Of a DNA stretch of 64,000 nt, positions 49,550 to 60,975 are shown in pieces. This DNA comes from Ranitomeya imitator. Taxonomy: Eukaryota. The notes under the pieces are model-generated. The model did not search any database. It was given only the letters and a program-made list of their open reading frames with translations, and had not been told where the DNA came from. A program made the position numbers and the translations under genes. Numbering within the stretch: the stretch's first letter is position 1; each line of letters opens with the position of its first letter. The DNA is taken from contig NC_091283.1 of the NCBI RefSeq assembly GCF_032444005.1, positions 825,406,001-825,470,000 on the forward strand. Direction: 5' to 3'.

Positions 49550-52500
49550 GCCTATTAAAGATTGTCTTCCTAGAGCCCCAACTAGCGGTGTTGGAGCAAA
49601 GGGTAAGCAGGGGGAGATGAGTGTAGGCCGAAGCCTGCACTGGAGGCAGCTTTGTGTCTGCGTTGCGTTTGCAGGACACTTTGCCGGCTACACACTGGGG
49701 GAACAGCTGGCGTTGCTGAACCCCACTAACACAATGGCGTGTGTTTTTATCTGTGCAGCTAGCACTTGCGGGCAAAAACTTGCGATGTTAGAGCCCGTGT
49801 TGAAGCAGGAGGAGGAGGAGAGGAGCAGAGTGTAGACCGAAGCCTAGTTGAACCAATTTCAAAGGAAACCTTTAACCCCCCCCTCAGGTGTTACAAAGTA
49901 CAAGAGACACACCTTGTGCAGTATTAATGCTGCACAAGTGAAAGGTTGCTCTATTAATTTGTCTACTTGCACACGCTGAATGAAAGACATACACAATTTA
50001 CCCCATTCTACAGTCAAACTGTCATGTTGGCCGGTGCGGTGCTGATCCCTTCTCGCATGCCGCGGCCATGAGGCTGCACAGTCTGAAGAAGGCGGAAGGA
50101 GATGAGTTAAGACAGGCGAAGATATGCACTGCTCGTGCCCATCAATCACACCCTCGCAGTCAAAATAATTAAGACAACGAGGAGCATTTTATTCAGGCAG
50201 GGCGGACGAACAGGCGCAAGTAGCCAACCAATGATGTCAGAAGACGGGAAGCGCTACCAAGGGGGGTGCTGCGTATCATTAGAAAGGAAAGTCACACCTC
50301 AGGGACAGTGGAATGGTCTCAAAGAGACACATTTTGTACGTGTTGAGTTCCACGTGGGCAAGGAGAAAACGTCAGCCACCTTGTACAAATGCAGCAGTAC
50401 TGCTGTACAAGGTGGCTGTTATACATAGAAACACCTGGGGGTGGTGGCCAGGCTCCCTTCAATTTCAGTTCATGTGCCTGCGTGGCGTTTGCAGGTCACG
50501 TTGCAAGCTGCACAGCAGGGGAACAGCTGGCGGTGCTGAACCCCACTAACACATTGGCTGGTGTTTTTCTCTGTGCAGCTAGCATGTCCGGGCAGAAACT
50601 GGCGTTGTTTGAGCCCAGGGTCAGCAGGAGGAGGAGAGGAGCAAAGTGTAGGCCGAAGCCTGCACTGGTGGCAGCTTTTGTTCTGTTGTGCCAGCGTGGC
50701 TTGTGCTGGACACGTTGCCGACTACACAGCAGGGGAACAGCTGGCGGTGCTGAACCCCACTAACACATTGGCTGGTGTTTTTCTCTGTGCAGCTAGCATT
50801 TCCGGGCAAAAACTAGCGGTGTTTGAGCCCAGGGTCAGCAGGAGGAGTAGAGGAGCAGAGTGTTGGCCAAAGCCTAGTTGAACCAATTTCAAAGGTTACC
50901 TTTAACCCCCCCCTCAGGTGTTGCAAGGTACAAGAGCCACACCTTGAACAGCATTATTGATGCACAAGTCAAAGGTTGCTCTATTTAATTTTGCTCCTTG
51001 CACACGCTGAATTAAACACGTACACTATTTAGCCCATTATACTGTCAAACAGTAGTGGAGGCGTGACTACTAGTCTTTTTAAGGAGACGCAGCACAGGTG
51101 TACAAATTTACACCTAGGTGCTGTGCGCAGATTCCTTACCGTTGTTATTTGCAGTACAGGAAACTGCGCTCTTGTGTTATCCCTTGGCAATACCCTGTTA
51201 GTGCAGGCCGTCTCATGACCTCATTTCATGTTGGCCGGTGCGGTTAACGATGGCCATAAATCCCAGACCCACAGTGGCTTTTCCTAAAGTCACACTGCGG
51301 TGCTGGGATTCGTGGCCTTGTGCAGTAAATATGTTCGCCGCTCACACATGTCCTTACACCTGCTTCAGACTGGGCGGCCTCAGCTGATCCCTTATCGCAT
51401 GCCGCGGCCATGAGGCCGCACAGTCAGAAGAAGGCGGAAGGAGGGGAGTGAAAACAGGGGAACATATGCACTGCTCGTGCCCATCAATCACACCCTCGCA
51501 GTCAAAATATATGAGACAACGGGGGGCGTTGTGTCGGGCAGGGGGGACGCACAGGCACAGCCAGCCAACCAATGATGTCAGGAGACGGGCAGCGCTAACA
51601 ATGGGGGTGCTGCGTGTCATTAAAAAGGAAAGTCACACCTCAGGGACATTGTAATGGTCTGTAATGAGACACATTTTGTACTTGTTGAGTTCCACGTGTG
51701 CAAGGAGAAAAAGTCAGCCACCTTGTACAAATGCAGCAGTACTGCTGTACAAGGTGGCTGTTATACATAGAAACACCTGGGGGGGTGGGGGGCAGGCTCC
51801 CTTCAATTTCAGTTCATGTGCCTGCGTGGCGTTTGCAGGTCACGTTGCAAGCTACACAGCAGGGGAACAGCTGGCGTTGCTGAACCCCACTGACACATTG
51901 ACTGGTGTTTTTCTCTGTGCAGATTGCATGTCCGGGCAAAAACTAGCGGTGTTAGAGCCCAGGGTCAGCAGGAGGAGGAGGAGAGGAGCAAAGTGTAGGC
52001 CGAAGCCTGCACTGGTGGCAGCTTTTGGTCGGTTGTGCCAGCGTGGCTTGTGCTGGACACGATGCCGGCTACACAGCGGGGGAACAGCTGGCGGTGCTGA
52101 ACCACACTAACACATTGGCTGGTGTTTTTCTCTGTGCAGCTAGCATGTCCGGGCAGAAACTGGCGTTGTTTGAGCCCAGGGTCAGCAGGAGGAGGAGAGG
52201 AGCAAAGTGTAGGCCGAAGCCTGCACTGGTGGCAGCTTTTGTTCTGTTGTGCCAGCGTGGCTTGTGCTGGACACGTTGCCGACTACACAGCAGGGGAACA
52301 GCTGGCGGTGCTGAACCCCACTAACACATTGGCTGGTGTTTTTCTCTGTGCAGCTAGCATTTCCGGGCAAAAAATAGCGGTGTTTGAGCCCAGGGTCAGC
52401 AGGAGGAGTAGAGGAGCAGAGTGTAGGCCGAAGCCTAGTTGAACCAATTTCAAAGGTTACCTTTAACCCCCCCCTCAGGTGTTGCAAGGTACAAGAGCCA

Positions 52501-55500
52501 CACCTTGAACAGCATTAATGATGCACAAGTCAAAGGTTGCTCTATTTAATTTTGCTCCTTGCACACGCTGAATTAAACACGTACACTATTTAGCCCATTA
52601 TACTGTCAAACAGTTGTGGAGGCGTGACTTGTCTTTTTAACGAGACGCAGCACAGGTGTCAAAATTTGCACCTAGGTACTGGGCGCAGATTCCTGAGCGT
52701 TGTTATTTGCTGTACAGGAGTCTGCGCTCTTGTGTTATCCCTTGGCAATACCCTGTTAGTGCAGGCCGTCTCATGACCTCATTTCATGTTGGCCGGTGCG
52801 GTTAACGATGGCCATAAATCCCAGACCCACAGTGGCTTTTCCTAAAGTCACACTGCGGTGCTGGGATTCGTGGCCTTGTGCAGTAAATATGTTCGCCGCT
52901 CACACATGTCCTTACACCTGCTTCAGACTGGGCGGCCTCTGCTGATCCCTTATCGCATGCCGCGGCCATGAGGCCGCACAGTCAGAAGAAGGCGGAAGGA
53001 GGGGAGTGAAAACAGGGGAACATATGCACTGCTCGTGCCCATCAATCACACCCTCGCAGTCAAAATATATGAGACAACGGGGGGCGTTGTGTCGGGCAGG
53101 GGGGACGCACAGGCACAGCCAGCCAACCAATGATGTCAGGAGACGGGCAGCGCTAACAATGGGGGTGCTGCGTGTCATTACAAAGGAAAGTCACACCTCA
53201 GGGACATTGTAATGGTCTCTAATGAGACACATTTTGTACGTGTTGAGTTCCACGTGGGCAAGGAGAAAAAGTCAGCCACCTCGTACAAATGCAGCAGTAC
53301 TGCTGTACAAGGTGGCTGATATACATAGAAACACCTGTGGGTGGGGGGCAGGCTCCCTTCAATTTCAGTTCATGTGCCTGCGTGGCGTTTGCAGGTCACG
53401 TTGCAAGCTACACAGCAGGGGAACAGCTGGCGTTGCTGAACCCCACTAACACATTGGCTGGTGTTTTTCTCTGTGCAGCTAGCATGTCCGGGCAGAAACT
53501 GGCGTTGTTTGAGCCCAGGGTCAGCAGGAGGAGGAGAGGAGCAAAGTGTAGGCCGAAGCCTGCACTGGTGGCAGCTTTTGGTCGGTTGTGCCAGCGTGGC
53601 TTGTGCTGGACACGTTGCCGACTACACAGCAGGGGAACAGCTGGCGGTGCTGAACCCCACTAACACATTGGCTGGTGTTTTTCTCTGTGCAGCTAGCATT
53701 TCCGGGCAAAAACTAGCGGTGTTTGAGCCCAGGGTCAGCAGGAGGAGTAGAGGAGCAGAGTGTAGGCCGAAGCCTAGTTGAACCAATTTCAAAGGTTACC
53801 TTTAACCCCCCCCTCAGGTGTTGCAAGGTACAAGAGCCACACCTTGTGCAGCATTAATGCTGCACAAGTAAAAGGTTGCTCTATTTGTTTTGCTCCTTGC
53901 ACACGCTGACTAAAACACGTACACTATTTAGCCCATTATACTGTCAAACAGTTGTGGAGGCGTGACTTGTCTTTTTAACGAGACGCAGCACAGGTGTCAA
54001 AATTTGCACCTAGGTACTGGGCGCAGATTCCTGAGCGTTGTTATTTGCTGTACAGGAGTCTGCGCTATTGTGATCCCTTGGCCATGCGCTGTGAGCGCTT
54101 CCTGTCTTCTGACCTCATTTCATGTCGGCCGTTGCGGTTAGCGATGGACATGAATCCCAGACCCACAGTGTGTTTTTAAAAAATCACACTGCGGTGCTGG
54201 GATTCGTGCCCTGGTGCACTAAATATGTTTGCCGCTCACACATGTCCTTACACCTGCTTCAGACTGGGCGGCCTCATCTGATCCCTTATCGCCTGCCGCG
54301 GCCATGAGGACACCCAGTCTGAAGAAGGCGGAAGGAGATGAGTGAACACAGGCAAACATATGCACTGCACATGCCCATCAATCACACCCTCGCTGTCCAA
54401 AAAAATAAGACACCGAGGGCCGTTGTTTCGAGCAGGGGAGATGCACAGGCGCAGCCAGCTAACCAATGATGTCAAAAGACGGGCAGCGCTAACAAGGGTG
54501 GTGCTGCGTGTCATTACAAAGGAAAGTCACACCTCAGGGACATTGTAATGGTCTCTAATGAGACACATTTTGTACGTGTTGAGTTCCACGTGGGCAAGGA
54601 GAAAAAGTCAGCCACCTCGTACAAATGCAGCAGTACTGCTGTACAAGGTGGCTGATATACATAGAAACACCTGTGGGTGGGGGGCAGGCTCCCTTCAATT
54701 TCAGTTCATGTGCCTGCGTGGCGTTTGCAGGTCACGTTGCAAGCTACACAGCAGGGGAACAGCTGGCGTTGCTGAACCCCACTGACACATTGACTGGTGT
54801 TTTTCTCTGTGCAGATTGCATGTCCGGGCAAAAACTAGCGGTGTTAGAGCCCAGGGTCAGCAGGAGGAGGAGGAGAGGAGCAAAGTGTAGGCCGAAGCCT
54901 GCACTGGTGGCAGCTTTTGGTCGGTTGTGCCAGCGTGGCTTGTGCTGGACACGATGCCGGCTACACAGCGGGGGAACAGCAGGCGTTGCTGAACCCCACT
55001 AACACATTGGCTGGTGTTTTTCTCTGTGCAGCTAGCATGTCCGGGCAGAAACTGGCGTTGTTTGAGCCCAGGGTCAGCAGGAGGAGGAGAGGAGCAAAGT
55101 GTAGGCCGAAGCCTGCACTGGTGGCAGCTTTTGGTCGGTTGTGCCAGCGTGGCTTGTGCTGGACACGTTGCCGACTACACAGCAGGGGAACAGCTGGCGG
55201 TGCTGAACCCCACTAACACATTGGCTGGTGTTTTTCTCTGTGCAGCTAGCATTTCCGGGCAAAAACTAGCGGTGTTTGAGCCCAGGGTCAGCAGGAGGAG
55301 TAGAGGAGCAGAGTGTAGGCCGAAGCCTAGTTGAACCAATTTCAAAGGTTACCTTTAACCCCCCCCTCAGGTGTTGCAAGGTACAAGAGCCACACCTTGT
55401 GCAGCATTAATGCTGCACAAGTAAAAGGTTGCTCTATTTGTTTTGCTCCTTGCACACGCTGACTAAAACACGTACACTATTTAGCCCATTATACTGTCAA

Positions 55501-58500
55501 ACAGTTGTGGAGGCGTGACTTGTCTTTTTAACGAGACGCAGCACAGGTGTCAAAATTTGCACCTAGGTACTGGGCGCAGATTCCTGAGCGTTGTTATTTG
55601 CTGTACAGGAGTCTGCGCTATTGTGATCCCTTGGCCATGCGCTGTGAGCGCTTCCTGTCTTCTGACCTCATTTCATGTCGGCCGTTGCGGTTAGCGATGG
55701 ACATGAATCCCAGACCCACAGTGTGTTTTTAAAAAATCACACTGCGGTGCTGGGATTCGTGCCCTGGTGCACTAAATATGTTTGCCGCTCACACATGTCC
55801 TTACACCTGCTTCAGACTGGGCGGCCTCATCTGATCCCTTATCGCCTGCCGCGGCCATGAGGACACCCAGTCTGAAGAAGGCGGAAGGAGATGAGTGAAC
55901 ACAGGCAAACATATGCACTGCACATGCCCATCAATCACACCCTCGCTGTCCAAAAAAATAAGACACCGAGGGCCGTTGTTTCGAGCAGGGGAGATGCACA
56001 GGCGCAGCCAGCTAACCAATGATGTCAAAAGACGGGCAGCGCTAACAAGGGTGGTGCTGCGTGTCATTACAAAGGAAAGTCACACCTCAGGGACATTGTA
56101 ATGGTCTCTAATGAGACACATTTTGTACGTGTTGAGTTCCACGTGGGCAAGGAGAAAAAGTCAGCCACCTCGTACAAATGCAGCAGTACTGCTGTACAAG
56201 GTGGCTGATATACATAGAAACACCTGTGGGTGGGGGGCAGGCTCCCTTCAATTTCAGTTCATGTGCCTGCGTGGCGTTTGCAGGTCACGTTGCAAGCTAC
56301 ACAGCAGGGGAACAGCTGGCGTTGCTGAACCCCACTGACACATTGACTGGTGTTTTTCTCTGTGCAGATTGCATGTCCGGGCAAAAACTAGCGGTGTTAG
56401 AGCCCAGGGTCAGCAGGAGGAGGAGGAGAGGAGCAAAGTGTAGGCCGAAGCCTGCACTGGTGGCAGCTTTTGGTCGGTTGTGCCAGCGTGGCTTGTGCTG
56501 GACACGATGCCGGCTACACAGCGGGGGAACAGCAGGCGGTGCTGAACCCCACTAACACATTGGCTGGTGTTTTTCTCTGTGCAGCTAGCATGTCCGGGCA
56601 GAAACTGGCGTTGTTTGAGCCCAGGGTCAGCAGGAGGAGGAGAGGAGCAAAGTGTAGGCCGAAGCCTGCACTGGTGGCAGCTTTTGGTCGGTTGTGCCAG
56701 CGTGGCTTGTGCTGGACACGTTGCCGACTACACAGCAGGGGAACAGCTGGCGGTGCTGAACCCCACTAACACATTGGCTGGTGTTTTTCTCTGTGCAGCT
56801 AGCATTTCCGGGCAAAAACTAGCGGTGTTTGAGCCCAGGGTCAGCAGGAGGAGTAGAGGAGCAGAGTGTAGGCCGAAGCCTAGTTGAACCAATTTCAAAG
56901 GTTACCTTTAACCCCCCCCTCAGGTGTTGCAAGGTACAAGAGCCACACCTTGTGCAGCATTAATGCTGCACAAGTAAAAGGTTGCTCTATTTGTTTTGCT
57001 CCTTGCACACGCTGACTAAAACACGTACACTATTTAGCCCATTATACTGTCAAACAGTTGTGGAGGCGTGACTTGTCTTTTTAACGAGACGCAGCACAGG
57101 TGTCAAAATTTGCACCTAGGTACTGGGCGCAGATTCCTGAGCGTTGTTATTTGCTGTACAGGAGTCTGCGCTATTGTGATCCCTTGGCCATGCGCTGTGA
57201 GCGCTTCCTGTCTTCTGACCTCATTTCATGTCGGCCGTTGCGGTTAGCGATGGACATGAATCCCAGACCCACAGTGTGTTTTCAAAAAATCACACTGCGT
57301 GGCTGGGATTCGTGGCCTTGTGCAGTAAATAGGTTTGCCGCTTACACATGTCCTTACACCTGCTCCAGACTGGGCGGCCTCAGCTGATCCCTTATCGCCT
57401 ACCACGGCCAGGAGGCCGCACAGTCTGAAGAAGGCGGAAGGAGATGAGTTAAGACAGGCGAACATATGCACTGCTCGTGCCCATAAACCACACCCTCGCT
57501 GACAAAATAAATATGACAACGAGGGGCGTTGTTTCTAGCAGGGCGGATGCACAGGCGCAGCCAGCTAACCATGATGACAAAAGACGGGAAACGCTACCAA
57601 GGGGGGTGCTGCGTATCATTACAAAGGAAAGTCACACCTCAGGGACAGTGGAATGGTCTCAATGAGACACATTTTGTACGTGTTGAGTTCCACGTGGGCA
57701 AGGAGAAAAAGTCAGCCACCTTGTACAAATGCAGCAGTACTGCTGTACTAGGTGGCTGTTATACATAGAAACACCTGGGGGGGTGGGGCCAGGTTCCCTT
57801 TTAATTTCAGTTCCTGTGCCTGCATGGCGTTTGCAGGTCACGTTGCCGGCTACACAGCAGGGGAACAGCTGGCGTTGCTGAACCCCACTAACACATTGGC
57901 TGGTGTTTTTCTCTGTGCAGCTAGCACTTCCGGGCAAAAACTAGCGGTGTTTGAGCCCAGGGTCAGCAGGAGGAGGAGAGGAGCAGAGTGTAGGCCGAAG
58001 CCTGCACTGGTGGCAGCTTTTGTTCTGTTGTGCCAGCGTGGCTTGTGCTGGACACGTTGCCGACTACACAGCAGGGGAACAGCTGGCGGTGCTGAACCCC
58101 ACTGACACATCACCTAGTGTTTTTTTCTGTGTAGACAACACTTCCAGGTGGCAACTGACAGTGTTGAAACCCAGGGAATCAAAGAGGAGCAGAGTGTAGG
58201 CCGAAGCCTGCAGTGGAGCAAGTTGAAAGGGAACCTTTAACCCCCCCCCCAGGCATTTGTTGCTGAAAGAGCCATCTTGTACAGCAGTAATACTGCACAT
58301 GGAAAATGGTGGCTCCGAAAATTATGCTCCTTGCAAACGCTGAAGTACACACTCATATAATGTGTCCCCTCACACCGTCAAACCATCCCGGAAGTGGGAC
58401 TTTCCTTTGTAATGTGACACAGCACAGCCGTCATTCCAACCCCCTTGGTGCCGGGCACCACCTCCTCAACGTTGTTTGGTTCTGTCACGGAGCCCGCACT

Positions 58501-60960
58501 GTAATGTTATCCCTTGGCCATGCACAGTTAGCGGTGCCCGTCTTCTGACATCATGTAGGTGTCAGGCTGGCAGTGCCTGTGCGTCCAAGCTGCCCGAGAT
58601 CCAACCTTGCAGTGTCATCTAATGTAGTCCCACTGCGGGCCAGGGATCCATGGGCATGCGCAGTGCATATCATCGCCTCTCACTCACCTCCTTCCTGCTT
58701 CTTCAGACTGTGCGGCGTCACGGCCGTGGCATGCTATTAGGGATCAGCTGACGCCGCCTAGTCTGAAGAAGCGTGAAGAAGGGGAGTGAGAGGCTAGTAT
58801 ATGCACTGCGCATGGCCATGGATACCAGGCCCACTGTGGGATCACATTAGACGACACTGCGAGGTGTGATTTCGGGCAGCGTGGACGCACAGGCGCAGCC
58901 AGGACGACAACAAATGATGTCAGAGGACGGGCAGCGCAAACTGTGCATGGCCAAGGGATAACATAACAGCGCAGGGTCCATGACGGAATCAAACAACGCT
59001 AAGGAGGCAGCGCACGGTGCCAAGGGGGTAGCAATGACGGCTGTGCTGCGTCACATTACAAAGGAAAGTCCCACCTCCGGGACGGTTGGACGGTGTGAGG
59101 GGACACATTACATGAGTGTGTAGTTCAGCGTTTGCAAGGAGCATAATTTCAAGAGCGACCTTTCCCTTGTGCAGTATTAGTGCTGCACATGGTGGCTCTT
59201 TCAGTAACAAACGCCTAGGGGGGGGGGGGACAGGTCCCCTTACATTTTAGTTGTGCCAGCGTGGCGGTCGCATGACACGTTGCCGGATACACAGCTGGGG
59301 ATCAGCTGACGTTACTGAACCCCAATAACAGAGGAGCGACTGTTGACTGTGCACACAGCACTTCCAGGCACCAACTGGCGGTGTTAGAGCCCAGGGACAG
59401 CAGGAGGAGCAGATTGGAGGTATTGCCGCACACACAGCTGGGGATCAGCTGACGTTACTGAACCCCAATAACAGAGGAGCGACTGTTGACTGTGCACACA
59501 GCACTTCCAGGCACCAACTGGCGGTGTTAGAGCCCAGGGACAGCAGGAGGAGCAGATTGGAGGTATTGCCGCACACACAGCTGGGGATCAGCTGACGTTA
59601 CTGAACCCCAATAACAGAGGAGCGACTGTTGACTGTGCACACAGCACTTCCAGGCACCAACTGGCGGTGTTAGAGCCCAGGGACAGCAGGAGGAGCAGAG
59701 GAACAGAGTGTAGGCCGAAGCCTGATTGGAGCAAGTTGAAAGGAAACCTTTAACCCCCCCCCCAAGACGTTTGTAGCTGAAAGAGCCATGTTGTGCAGCA
59801 CTAAGGATGCAAAAGGAAAAGGTTGCTCTTTTAATTATGCTCCTTGCAAACACCGAAGTAAACACTAAAAATGTGTCCCTTTATACCGTTAAACCGTTCC
59901 GGAGGTGCGAATTTCCTTCGTAATGGGACACAGCACAGCTGTCATTCCTATCCCCTTGATGCCGTGCGCTGCCTCCTCAGCGTTGTTTTAAGCTGCCACG
60001 GAGCCTGCGCTGTTCTGTTAGCCCTTGGCCATGCCCAATTAGCGCTGCCTGTCTTCTGACATAATTTGGTGTCAGGCTGTCAGTGCCTGTGCGTCCACGC
60101 TGCTCCAGATCCCACCTCGCAGTCTCATCTAACGTAATCCCACTGCGGGCCTTGGAACCATGGGCATGCACAGTGCATAACCTCGACTCTCACTCCCCTC
60201 CTTCCCTCTTCTTCAGACTGTGCGGTGTCACGGCCGTGGCATGCTAGGGATCAGCTGACGGCGCACAGTCTAAAGAAGGCGGAGGGAAATGAGCGAGAGC
60301 CCGAGGGGAAGATATGCACTGCGCATGCCCATGGATCCCAGGCCCGCAGTGTGACTCAATCAGAAGACACTGCGAGGCGGGATCTCGGGCACCGCGGCCG
60401 CACAGGCGCAGCCAGCCTGACACCAAATTATGTCAGAAGACAGGCAGCGCAAATAGGGCATGCCCAAGGGATAACAGAACAGCGCAGGCTCCGTGACAGC
60501 TTAAAACAACGCTGAGGAGGCAGCGCATGGCACCAAGGGGGTAGGAATGACGGCTGTGCTGCGTCACATTACGAAGGAAAGTCCCAGCTCCGGGACGGTA
60601 TAACGGTATCAGTGAACACATTTTATAAGTGTTAAGTTCTGCGTGTGCAAAGAGCTAAAAAAAAAGAGCTACCTTTTCCTTGTGCAGCATTACTGCTGCA
60701 CAAGATGGCTCTTTCAGTAACAAACGACGGGGGGGGGGGGGGGACAGGTTCCCTTACATTTAGGTTGTTGTGCCAGCGTGGCGGTCGCAGGACACATTGC
60801 CGGCTACACAGCTGGGGATCAGCTGACGTTACTGAAACCCAATAACACTGGGTCGTATGTTTTTACTGTGCAGCCTGCACTTCTGAGCCGCAACTGGCGG
60901 TGTTGGAGCCCAGGAATAGCAGTTCAGGTGGTAGAAAGATGAACACAGCAGGAGACCTGG
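49550..60960. repeat. Composite array of eight ~0.6-1.0 kb foldback cassettes separated by 1-3 copies of ~215-bp or 143-bp motif subunits
   Basis: Cassette left ends AGG(T/G/A)(T/A)ACCTTTAACCCCCC at 49862, 50892, 52453, 53792, 55345, 56898, 58228 and 59741 (intervals 1030-1561 bp). Confidence 0.9.
59289..59700. repeat. 143-bp unit x3, essentially identical
   Basis: ACAGCTGGGGATCAGCTGACGTTACTGAACCCC at 59291, 59434 and 59577. Confidence 0.95.
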
Positions 60961-60975
60961 ATGACACCCAATTAC

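Noticed and set aside
43976-58200. Dozens of recurring short ORFs (MANSTAP..., MPLALAH..., MQQYCC...)
   Set aside because: They recur only because of the tandem arrays, mostly use non-ATG starts, overlap in several frames and show no recognisable domain.
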